DNA of 45,085 nt, the filler included, from Jimgerdemannia flammicorona (lineage: Eukaryota): the NCBI GenBank assembly GCA_003990765.1. It is 2 parts of 2 records of this genome, joined end to end, with 100 filler letters (N's around TTAATTAATTAA, not from the genome) between each part and the next. Parts side by side here need not be neighbours in the genome. Positions count along the whole stretch, not along the records: positions 1 to 22,493 come from RBNJ01001266.1; positions 22,594 to 45,085 come from RBNJ01001267.1. One strand, given 5' to 3'. Each line of letters opens with the position of its first letter. Position 1 is the first letter of the stretch. Both the position numbers and the translations under genes were made by a program. Positions 21,704 through 33,075 of the stretch are shown piece after piece. The notes below the pieces were generated by a model. That model did no database searches. It was given only the letters and a program-made list of their open reading frames with translations, and was not told the DNA's origin.

Positions 21704-22478
21704 TCACTTTGCAGTTGCAGCATCACCCAAAACTTCGAGCACCGTCTCCCATATCAGCGCAACTACACGGTCCACGTCCTCAACCTTGGTCTCGCGACCC
21801 ACGCTAAACCGGATGGCGGAACGGGCGATCACAGGCGGTACTTGCATGGCGAGGAGTGTGGCGGAAGGGCTGGTAGTAAGACGCGCCAAGCACGGAATGA
21901 GAAGGCAAACGACGAAAGCAATCCCCGTGTCAAATAGAGTTACATCGGGTTCTTCCGAGGTAAAAACTCAAACGGAATAGTAATTACAATAACAACTATT
22001 GTAATAGCCAATTGAAATAATATGAACGAAGAAGACAATGCCTAAATCGTGAACCTCAATATTCAACTCACCCATCAACACCCGTATGACACGCCGCGCC
22101 CTTCCCGACGGTCACACCCTTTTCTAGCAGCCGTTTCACGAGCGCCATCGCTGTCGTGGCGCCCTCAGTGTCGGCCCCAACCCTGACGACGGAAAAGTTG
22201 CACGTGTTGGGGATACGGTTCGCGCCCTCGCCGTGGATCACAGCACCGAAGCCTAAAGGGGCTCGAACGCGGATCTGGGTCTCGAAGTGCGCGATAAGGT
22301 TACGGTAGTGAACGGAGATAGTATGGAGGCGAGCCACTACAAGATGGCTTGCCTGTTCAAGGAACGTGGAGATGGTAAGGATTGTAAGTATTGAAGAGGT
22401 GCTGCTGTGGAGAGGATGTGTCAAAGATAAATCAAACGTACTTCGCCGAGGCCCGCGATCATGCCTGTGTTTTCAGTA
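21704..22478 (-). CDS. SCLY: Selenocysteine lyase-like / class-V PLP cysteine desulfurase, last three exons (5' part lost at the contig end)
   Basis: Exons 22478-22442 (TENTGMIAGLGE), 22352-22072 (RIPNTCNFSV...GKGAACHTG) and 21869-21704 (PSATLLAMQVP...ARSAIRFSVGRET), with GT-AG introns in phase. The GAACH and PNTCNFS motifs resemble SCLY more than NFS1 (GSACT). Confidence 0.8.
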
Positions 22479-22493
22479 CTATGTAGATAGCAA

Positions 22494-22593
22494 NNNNNNN
22501 NNNNNNNNNNNNNNNNNNNNNNNNNNNNNNNNNNNNNTTAATTAATTAANNNNNNNNNNNNNNNNNNNNNNNNNNNNNNNNNNNNNNNNNNNN
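22494..22593. other. Artificial contig linker
   Basis: Exactly 100 nt of N with TTAATTAATTAA (stops in all six frames) at 22538-22549. Confidence 0.95.
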
Positions 22594-22699
22594 CCCAAGA
22601 AGAATTCATGGAGAATGCATTTGCCCGCGCGATTTAACTGTTAAGTTTCACACCCTCCATTGATCCACATGTTGATACCGCCTCAAATTATCTCTTTTT

Positions 22700-22900
22700 A
22701 CATCAAATAGAAGAACATTCTCGGTAACCAAATATCGGCTGCAAAAGTTTCCATTTTGATGTGTTCCCAGACAATATTTTGGGCTTCACATTTGGGGACT
22801 CCTGTTTTGTGCTACTCTTGCGGTAAACAAGCGAAGCCCAAGTCAGTAAGACCCACCACAATGGGCGACTCCGAATCCCATGACACCGAGAAATTGAACC
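22700..22900 (-). pseudogene. Possible protein-kinase fragment
   Basis: Frame VVGLTDLGFACLPQE*HKTGVPKCEAQN...TFAADIW...FYLM loosely matches the DFG / APE / DxW spacing. Confidence 0.3.
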
Positions 22901-23696
22901 CAGAGCCTCATATATGATCAACTTCGTATGATCCCCTCCCAGTTCTAGGATGAATCGATACTCTATGTAAAACAGAATTTTTCGCTTTTCCGCTTTCTCG
23001 AATTTATCGGTTTGCTACCCACAGTTCAATCCATTGTCCTAATTTTTTTTTTTCCACATTAATATTAAAATAGCGTGCATGTATATATATTACTTGAAAC
23101 CTACATCAAAACACTTTTCGATCGAGCCACTATAACGACCGTACGGTGCACGAGATTTTTCATTTTCAAAATTATTGTGGGCTCTAAACATTATCCTTGA
23201 TTGTTCTAGGTAAGACTCCGTATTCCTCATTTTTAAAATCCTAAAATACTGTAGTTACTGAAGGATGTGGGACTGAAAAAACCAATGAGATTTGGGAGCG
23301 GGGCGGTTACTCTCGTATCATGACATCTTATTGTGTCGATAACACAGCGCCCCGGCCTTTCTACAAAGTAGCGTCGTCGCTGATTGCATTTGCGATTTGG
23401 ATTCAATTATTCACAGTGGCAAAGTGCGCACATCACTGCTTTCTGCTGATCTTTTTCTGCACAACGCTGTTCAGCTATTCAAGGTTTGAAAATAATCCAT
23501 TGAACTGTCCTCAGAGAATTAACAATAGACAGTAAAAAGCGAGGATACTCACGTTGGCCATAATATGACTATTTTTACCCTTCTGACAGACGAAGATCCA
23601 TGATCCAGAAGAAATGCCACACTAGTCATGTGATAATTTTCATTCAAAACCAAGCTCTCGTGGTTAGGTTTTTGTGGCAAAACTGCTGGTGCTTCC

Positions 23697-23728
<32 letters not shown>

Positions 23729-24620
23729 GGGGAAATGGGGAAATTTTAACTTTCGCGAAGGTAATTGAAAATTAGACCACTAATTCATGAGAAGGATTAT
23801 TATTTAAAGAAGGATTGGGCTACTTGGAACACCGATCATAGATATCATTCTGCCCATAAGAAGGTGTAACTTTTCGCAGCTAATGAGCTAGCATGGTTAC
23901 ACATCAAGTGAAACCGACAAAAATCTGTGGCCCTGAAGCTTTCATTTGCAGGTTTGAGGCCTTTGTGATGTCTTTCAAACTTCATTTCCTGTCGAGGCAA
24001 TGCTTGGGTTAAAGGTATGCATGGGCAGGAGAATTTTGACATTTAAACCCTTGAGAGAAAGGCAGTCATGTCAGGGTACCTTTTGATACTTTGGTGTTTG
24101 ATATCCGTACATAATACCTAGTGAATTTGTTGGGGGTAGAATTTCGTTTCACTGCCGCTTAACTAATTCACCAGATGGAAGCCAGATCCTTTGAAGTTGA
24201 ATTATCACGGGTATTGTACACGGTGATGATAGGTGACAAGCGTGGTTATGGAAAACGTAATAAAATTGTTAGGGAAAGCTTACTGTCTTAGGGAGTATCG
24301 AACCTCAAAGAGGAAATAATCGCTGGGCTGCTATATTCCATTTAAAAGGTGAGGATTACCATAATTTTTTGAATCCAAAATGCTGTGATGTGTGGCATTT
24401 TTAGCATAATAATATGTTCTAATTTTGTGTCCTGAGGCAGATTATTATACGCATTGTTTTCCCCAATCCCGACTCCTATACAACACGATAAGGAATTGTA
24501 TTGCATATCGATCCACTATCACTTCGAATTTTGAAAAATTTATTCGTGGAATACAATACAATAAACTGAATATAAAAATCCCGAATCTTGGATTAGTTTT
24601 AACAAGTGAACCTCCACGAT

Positions 24621-25949
24621 CTACTGGTTGTAATCTCTAATAATATTCATTGTTGGATCACCATCAGATCGTGGAGTGGCAACCTGGTTTGTAATTGTAC
24701 AGTAATTTGTCGCGATGCTAAAAAATGTGAGACGAAACCGGCAATAAGGAAATAGGTAGATTGCAGATTTTGCAGAATACAATTAAGTTACCACAACTTA
24801 CTAGTAGGAGTGATGGGCGTCAATACTCCTAATACCTTTGACAGAGTTGGAGCAGGTGGAATCCTCGGATTGTCCACATACCACCGTGGTGCCATTTACA
24901 TCTATGATCCAGTGCTCTATACCTTCGTGCTAGCCGACGTGATGAAGAAATAAAAATGGTCAGCTACAAAGAAGATTGTCGGAAGATAAACGTTTTCACT
25001 CTGAGAACTTGTGTAACAACCTCGAATCCCAAGCTCTCCAGCGGTAGTGATGGGACGATAACGTCCTGATTGACAGTGCGAATGATAGAGAAGCCAATGT
25101 TCGAGGCATATTGGGCGAAAGTGGGATTGCCGATACGGGGCTCGCCTTTGATTTTTCAATTGAGGAAAAGGAATATGTAAGCCGCGCGCTTGTCGAAAAT
25201 AATTTCGCTCTTTGTTATTGACCTACCGAATGTGTAAACGGAAATGGCCGACGCGTTCAGTATGGAAATTCTCGTGTGAAGGTCTATTGCCGCAAAGACG
25301 GCATTGGCTAGAAGGGGTCATGTGAGTGAGAATGCGTGTAAGGAATTATTGAATTAGAGCTTAAACTATGGATTTTGTACTAGCGGAACAGCGACCGGGA
25401 AAGTGAATTGCTTACCTCCACCTGACGAGTGGCCTATGACAATAAGTTTGTAATCTGGATGCTTGGTGAGCTGTGAGCTGATACAATCGTAGACGATACT
25501 GGCTGAATCTTGATAAGATGCCCGAAACCGAGGTTCGTAGGAGCTTGCGCACCATCTGCCGTCACCGTCCATGAGCTAAAGCTAACGTCTCAACTCACCA
25601 GCGTGAACCCGCGCTCCCTCTACGGAGGGATGCTCGACCATTTTAATGAATGCGTCTTCTAACTTCATCTGCGTAAAAACTGTGCCCTGAAATGTCAGGT
25701 ATATTGCGATGAACCCCCTAGCAGCCTCCTTCCCTATCCGGAACACGCGCACAAGTTTTAACTGGGGGAAGTGGTCACAGTACTCTCCGCAATCCCAACC
25801 ATTGTCAAGTTTGCAAGCCGCTACGGCGGCCAGCCTCGCGTAATCCGTAATTACGGCGATCTGTTCGGCGTCGAGATGCGGCTTTTCGTCGGGTAACGTG
25901 TGCGTCAAAGTTGCAGACAGAGCGAGAGGGTAAGAAGGCTGATTCGCAT
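24621..25949 (-). pseudogene. Secreted class-3 (Rhizomucor/Rhizopus-type) lipase, probably pseudogenised
   Basis: Motifs WDCGEYC, TFQGT, RVHAG|F, GHSSGG, YTFGEPRIGN, RTVNQDVIVP, HEGIEHWI, CSNSV...HHSY across GT-AG introns. Frameshift in the signal peptide at ~25925. No AG before the F-R-A-S-Y exon. Catalytic Asp position is Val. Confidence 0.82.
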
Positions 25950-26039
25950 GGTTTTGGTGTTTGATGTTTGATTCAAGAACGACGCGAGGAGGATGTTAAG
26001 AATTGAAGCGGCAGGGGATAAATCGTTATTTAAATAGGG

Positions 26040-26074
<35 letters not shown>

Positions 26075-27631
26075 GCCTCCTGTCAAGTGTACGCCTCGCG
26101 TTCAGGCCGAAAATCACGTTTGGAGCTCAACTTGTAAATATATAGCTTCTTTTTTGGGTAAATTGTTGTGATTGGCTTCGCGCTGAGATCGAAAGGTTAT
26201 CGATCCCGAAAGAAGGGGGTGCGACCTGACCCGATACATACTTACCTTCACACTATCCGATAAAATTCGGATAGTTATAAGCAAGCTCAAACTTGCAAAG
26301 GCACCCAACCCGGTCTCTCAATGCATTTACTGCCTCACACATAGCCCCGCCTCACCGATTTACCCGCCTGAGAGACAAGTCAAAAACGGTTCTCCGCCTT
26401 CTGCATTTAGTAAACAGTGGTATATACCTCATCTTCATCCGTAAGTTCACAACCCTGCCTAATCTCATCAACGACTCCAATTCGCGACTTAGAAAAGCTT
26501 TGCACACCCGTCCCACCCAGCACAGCTTAGTTGGTTTCAATAAAAACGGGCCCTTTGTGTAGCCAACGCGGATTGCGATTCAGGAAGCGTGCATACTTTC
26601 TAACCAGCCGAATTGAGCGTGAAGGGATACTTTGCCTTGAGGATATCGGACAACCGATTCAAATAACCTCGATACGATATCCGTGGTATGATAAACACTT
26701 TGTTCTATTGGTGGCTTATTATACTTCAAGTTGTATGGTTGACGTATTTTTTATCCAATGCACTTTCCACTCACCGACAACAGCAAAATGCAACTGTTAC
26801 TCGTCCAAATATGCTGAAAGATATCTGGCGGTTGCCAACTTTACATAACATCCTAACGAAGTCATACCAAATTTTCAAAGGCACTTTATGGATGATAGAG
26901 CTTGAAGGCATTTTCGTTATATATATATCAAATTTAATCATTTAATTGACGATACACCAGCTTCTCTGTATTTTCAGATGAATTTTTCATTTTCATTCCT
27001 TCAGTTTTCCTAAGCAATCAAACCTGCACACTAGTAACAAATCGAGAAAGCCACCTAAATCAAACTGAGTACTGAATGGAAAAGGTTGCATAAAGTCGTA
27101 TACATAAATCAAATATATATATATATATCAATAACAAATTGAAAAGGCTGCTTGAAATTAAGTTGCACACCAAATAAAAGAAGCTGTATAAATTGAAGCT
27201 TTGTGCTGAACAGAAAATTGAAGCCTTGTGTTAGCAATCAATCGAAGAAGCCATGAACCGAATTGAAGTTTCTCATTTATCAGTTCTTGTTTGTAGCCTA
27301 TGCACATTATATCATAATATTTATTGATGATATGTGCAGAGTTCGCACACACTATACATATTCTGTGCCTAATAAAGACTCGCATATAGAGGCCGCACAC
27401 AACTCACTAACTATACCCATTTTACATATTTACAGAATATGTGCATATACACTTACGTAGGTTGGTACATAACGCAGAGCTTGTACATAATTATGTATGC
27501 AGGTCCTGTATAGGGTGGATTCTGCACAGATTCTATGTAGATCCCACACAAGATCACACAGGATCGGCACTGAATTCGAATATTTTTTTTTTTTTTTTTT
27601 TTTTTTCCACCCGAATCAGATAATAGAGATC

Positions 27632-27940
27632 CTAAAATAGGAGCGTTGTTATAGCTGTAATCCCTGTGGCCACGGCTGCAATCGCACACGTCAGACACAT
27701 AGAGATTACGCCAAGGGCGCCGATACTTTGAAGAATCGCAATGACACCACCGGCGGCAACGGCGCCTCCATAACTTGACATAAAGGATGCGGCCGCAGTT
27801 CCGGCAACGATTCCACCGGCTCCGAACCCAAGAAAGGTCACCAACAGGGGGGCGACATAGGGAACTGCAATCAAGCAAACGACACCAACGGCAACGGGGA
27901 TGGCGATTTTGAGGATTTTGCGGAAGTTCCAACGAGCCAT
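27632..27940 (-). CDS. IFI6/IFI27 (ISG12)-like small hydrophobic protein, 102 aa
   Basis: LGFGAGGIVAGTAAASFMSSYGGAVAAGGVIAILQSIGA matches the Ifi-6-16 family signature. Intact ATG-to-stop ORF. Confidence 0.85.
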   Translation of the reverse strand: MARWNFRKILKIAIPVAVGVVCLIAVPYVAPLLVTFLGFGAGGIVAGTAAASFMSSYGGAVAAGGVIAILQSIGALGVISMCLTCAIAAVATGITAITTLLF

Positions 27941-29062
27941 ATGTTTTTCTGTGGTGGGGGTATGTTGATTATGTTAATTTTCGCAGTGGGAAATATGAAT
28001 GGAAAAGTAGCGTCATTAAAATATTTATACATTATATCTACAATGCCAAATACACAAAGGAACATTTCGTGACACCGCCAGACAAACAAAGGGAGCAAAT
28101 GGACACAGAAGATTACGCCGAATGGATCGGCCATCCAGGGTAACCCAGCCCAATCCTACCCATGACAGTGGCCCGATCCGTTACAACCGGGTTGACGGGT
28201 TGATTGACATAATTATGTTCTTGGTTCTTCAAAGAAAATGCGGCAAAATAGAACTGTAGATCAACTCTTTGTCACCGTTACTTGAAAGTCTCCCAGTTTC
28301 TCAATTAATTATGAATACTGAGCGTTTTAGGAAAATTGAGCATTCCTGGAATGTCAGACTGTCGGTATTGACCGTGTTCCGGAAGGCGGCAACATACTTA
28401 TTATTACAAGAATGTAAAAGGACTAGTGCTCCTAACAAAATGAATATCAGCCCATCCTCCTCCGCATCGCGGACTTCCCCATGTTCTTCAAGCATGTCAA
28501 CGGAAGGAAAGAGCACTCCCTTGCACATATATAACAGCTCCTCAACAAGTCCAATTTCACAACTCAAAAAATTTTCGCACACCCCTTCCCTTTCGCGAAT
28601 TCGAATTGCAGTCCTGGAATTGTGCTGGTTTGTACGAAGAGACACCTTGCGCCTATGTTGCGAAATATTAGCTTGGCACCCGGCCCCAGACTAGTTTGGC
28701 GAGGAGTTTTCCATTTCTGCACTTTTGGTTGTTAACCCTGGTCGACCCTCGACCCGTTAGGAGCCCTATTACGTGCACATTGGCCATCAAAGATCATTAG
28801 CCAAAGTTCCTGATTGGTTTTTACTGTACATTACATGGATCACGTCTGTGAGGATTAATACCCAACGAACCGAAGCAAATACTAGTTTAGGCGCAATAAT
28901 TGAGGCAACCATTATAAACAGTTTTACGGGCGATATTAAGTGGGGGTAAAATATTATAACCGCGATAATTATATAATTATATAAAATTGTTGACATCACG
29001 TTTCCTAAGCCACCTCCATCACCGTCCTCTTGACCAACAAAGCAACGTCCGACCATCACGCC

Positions 29063-29665
29063 ATGCCAGAAACCCCCGAGGAAAAGACCCGCCGCTTCCA
29101 GATCGAGCTCGAGTTTGTACAGTGCCTTGCGAATCCGTGGTACCTCCACCGTGTGTGTTCCTCAATTATCCTCTCCTCGCTGACTGATGATAGGACTGGT
29201 TCTGACACCATCGTCTTCATTCCACCAAACAGACCTGGCACAACAGGAGTATCTGAAGGATCCGGCTTTTATCAACTACCTCGATTATCTACAGTACTGG
29301 AAACGGCCCGAATACGCCAAGTTCATCATGTGCGTCACAAACCTGCCCGTGTATCATATGTTGCTCGAATACCTCTTATTCAACCCCCTTTACCTATGGT
29401 CTCACTAACTTTCTTCACATTTTCTTAAAGATACCCTCACGCCCTCCACTTTCTTGACCTCCTTCAACACCCCGCCTTCCGCGACAAGCTGATCCTAAAG
29501 AAAGAAACGGAAGCCATCCACCAGACACAATATTACCATTGGGCGTACTACCGGAACCCGCCGCGCACGCAAGGGGCACCGGAGGTGGGCGCACAGCAGC
29601 AGCAGCAGCAGCAAGAGCTGGCGAACGGGGGACCGGCAGCTGACGGCGCGGCGCAGAGAGCGTGA
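29063..29665 (+). CDS. MED31: Mediator subunit 31 (SOH1)
   Basis: Exons 29063-29150 (RFQIELEFVQCLANPWYL), 29233-29329 (LAQQEYLKDPAFINYLDYLQYWKRPEYAKFI) and 29431-29665 (YPHALHFLDLLQ, poly-Q tail), with GT-AG introns in phase. Confidence 0.97.
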
Positions 29666-31319
29666 GAGTGGCCGGCGGTGTGTGATTCTGCGTGGAAGAT
29701 TATAAATGATGGATACCATGTTGTGGTAGTCAAGATGGGCTTAAGGGAAAGGATGGCGGAGGTGAAGATACTTGTTTGTTGTAATGGCGGACGAGGAGTG
29801 GGGGCGGGGCGATAGACGTGGGTTTATTGGGCGAATTGTAAATATGGAGCACATTGGGGTTTTGAACGAACGAACCTAACTCAGAAAGCCATTTGGTCCT
29901 AATATTGCCAATAATTCACGAGAGCAATGAGAAAGAAAAGTGTACAGCATTACAATTGAGCAATGTCATGAGTAAAAATGTAAGGCACAAACGATTTGCC
30001 GGCGCTGGCGACTCCAACTCAATTATCACGAATGAAATATCCAAATTCTGCCAAAGGAGTAATACGAGTTATATGTTATACAGAGATCTATATCGTGGCT
30101 GAATAATGGGACACAACTCGTCGCAAATGACAAGACAAATTATTGCCTTACCGCAAGGAATCATTGACCATTTCAAAATCTGCGACTTGAACGTTCGACG
30201 TATGCAATAACAGCGCTCTCGGCGTTTTTTTTTATATCGTGACCCGCCGTATTGCTAATACTGCATATTGTGATCCAAGGTCTCCCCTAAATCGTCGACA
30301 CGTGTCAACGACTTCAAGCTCGAGTATTGATAAGCTTCACTTGTAAAAAAGAATCAGCTACGCAAACTGCATGATTTTTTAAAAGCCGCAAAAGCGATGA
30401 CAGAAAATGCGCTATATTATTGGCTGTGCGAGATGACTTTCCGCCCAAGTGGGTGATGTTGGCGTTTTTGGAAATAAGGCCCTCCCATTTAATGTTATAA
30501 TTCTTTGCACTTTAACTTTTCCACAATTTCAGCGTGAGGCGCGTGTCAATATTATATTGCGTATTCGACGGAAAGGCCAGATCGGGATGACTCGACGCGA
30601 TTTGAAGGGCAAGTATTTTTGGTGGGCGTCAATGCTTTTGTGCTTTAAACAGTATTCGGAATGACCGAATTCGACCAACCTCGCCCGAGAAAAAGGAATA
30701 TGTTGATCACCAGGGTCACCTTCGATTCATTGATTACAGACGATTCGCAGCTTCTATTCAAGAAAGGTTAATCTTGCTAGAACATTTATTCGTTTTCCTT
30801 GCAATCCATCTCACGTAATGTATAATGAGAAAGGTCACAAGGACGGATGGTCTTGAAAATTTAATCGACAACCCATATTATCAGGATGTGAAAGATACCA
30901 AGGATACAGGTTCCAATTCGGCAAATGCAGTAGTCAGAACGTGAGGAAAAAGTAAGCGATCGTCCTTTATTCGAGGATACATTGTCATCGGCATAAGAGT
31001 CTCTTGATTCGGCTTAGGGTGTCCACCACTAGGGTGGAATGACAGAAAAATACCCGTTGGGCCATCGGGATGCTCCCTGGCCCCCGTGACGTGATTGCGC
31101 CCTGCATACGAAGTCAACCAGCCAGACGATCTTGCGTTGTTTTTCGGGGCGTGTGGAAAAATGGAAATCCGACTCCGACCAAATTGGGGTATGACGGATC
31201 GTTCACATAAACACCATTGTATCAAAAATGACGCTTAACACAGTCTGTTCACATAATTATATAAATAGTATACCCCGCAGGCTTTTTATTTTTATTTTTT
31301 GCCCCACACACTCACCCGC

Positions 31320-31595
31320 TCCAAACCAAACCCCCTCCGTACCCTCCTCCTCACCACCGCCGCGTTCTTTTGGACGACAGCCCACGGCGCCGAGTGCGGC
31401 AGCGATTCATGCAATGGCATGACAGCCGTGCAATCCAAGTGCAAGTACGCAGTCCTCCAGATGAAGATGGATGTGCGCTACGGCTGCAGTAAATACGGTT
31501 CCAATGACGACTGGATCATCACCATCGAGAACTGCTTAAGACCAAGCAACCACGCCGCTGCTCGCAGTACGACGACAACGCGCTCGACAACATAA
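31320..31595 (+). pseudogene. Small Cys-rich secreted-type protein lacking an obvious ATG
   Basis: Signal-like KPNPLRTLLLTTAAFFWTTAHG followed by AECGSDSCNG...KCK...GCSK...NCL. TATATAAATA at ~31259. No ATG upstream of the signal-like segment. Confidence 0.4.
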
Positions 31596-32039
31596 TGAAC
31601 CGGTGCATGAAAGGACGGCCGTCCGTGTGGTATGGGTCGTAGGACTGGGATGGCGAGCACTGGGAAATCAGTGGCCGGAACGCTTGCTCGGATTGAAGAC
31701 TTTACTTGGCCTTGGTCCCGTGTAGCGTCGTTGTGTTTCCACGTTGTCCTTTGATTTCTCAGACATTTACCCTTAGAAATTTTGCAACACTTGGTCAAAA
31801 TTAATTATATAGATTTCACGCTATAAATTGTCACCTCTTTTCAACTTTTATTTCGACTAATCAATTACAGTCCGTACTTATTGCAAGGACGTTGAATACG
31901 ACGAATTTATGAGCAGGGATTTGCCGTATTTAAGGATAGCTGAATATAACCCCATCTTTTTGACGAAGGCCATAAAGCAACATAACCTTAGAATTTTTGC
32001 AGCATGATGCAAACTGAATAATTTCCATAATAAATATAG

Positions 32040-33075
32040 TCTACGATCCCGGACCGCTCACTCCACGCCTTTCCATATCAGCTTCTGATGTACGTCGGAA
32101 ACTCGTCCAACTCCCTCGCCGCGCCCTGTATGGTTTCATTATGATGGGATTCGCTGACGCCCAGGACCACCCACATCTGCGGCTTGAGCGCCCGGGAGGC
32201 CCTCAGCCAGTTCTGGTAATCGCCAGAGGAAGGGAACGAACTGGCAGCGTAAGTTTAAGCAATAGGATCTGTTAAATCCGACTCAGGAAACGAAACGCTC
32301 AATTGTTTGCTCGCGAGGGCGAAATCGGCGGGATCCTTCCCGATGGGTAGAGGGATGTTGATTTGCTGCGTGTCGTCCAAACCGGCGGCGGCGAGCTGTT
32401 CGGCAACCTCCTAAGCGCACTGAGCGTTGATACTGCGCATTTTCATGATGGCGTGAACTACATGGAGGATTGGGGTAATGAATGAATAAATTTTGCGTTT
32501 ACAACGAAGACGTTAAAATGTGGAAAGTGGCGTTCGAGTGGTACGTACAATAGCTTGGTGCAACGGCCAGCGTTATGGGGAATGCAGTCGCTCTCAACTT
32601 TATCGGATTAAGTCGGCGCATATGAAGTTTCAAGCCACAATCTCCACACTCACCTATCTCGATCCAACCGCTGGGCTTCGTGACACGTTGAAAGACAAAG
32701 TCGAACGTATTGGGAGTCCCTTCAACGTGTTGGCGATTAAGAACGAGCAGTTGACCGGCATGTGGTGGGCCGCCAAGATATCGACTATGTCCGTGCCCGC
32801 AAAATTGGAGTCTGAGCCATTTCCTGATAGGTGGAGAGTAGCACGTAAGGTTTTGAATTGTATGGGATTCGAGATCCGGTTAGGATTACTCACTATAGAC
32901 TAGATTCCAGTCCCGCACCTTGTGAAAAATAGATGCGGTGTCAATTTCTTTCATACGGTATACATAATTAGTTCAGCAACATTTGATAATGGGCACTTAC
33001 CCTCCAGGACTTTGATCCCCTCGTTTAAATTTTCTCTGGAGGCACGTGATAATTGCTGCAAATGATACGAAAACA
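32040..33075 (-). pseudogene. Class I SAM-dependent methyltransferase pseudogene (paralog of 35824-37195)
   Basis: Fragments IKVLE|, CGTGI*, EMA, FAGTDIVD, PVNCSF..ANTLKGLP, NTFDFVFQR/VTKPSGWIEI, RALKPQM, with a stop, frameshifts and an internal deletion. Confidence 0.8.

Noticed and set aside
24611..24678. Imperfect inverted repeat CTCCACGATCT...AGATCGTGGAG
   Set aside because: Short, overlaps the last lipase exon, and has no TSD or second copy.
28269..28694. Overlapping 141-aa and 114-aa ORFs upstream of MED31
   Set aside because: Non-ATG starts, no motifs and no splice support.
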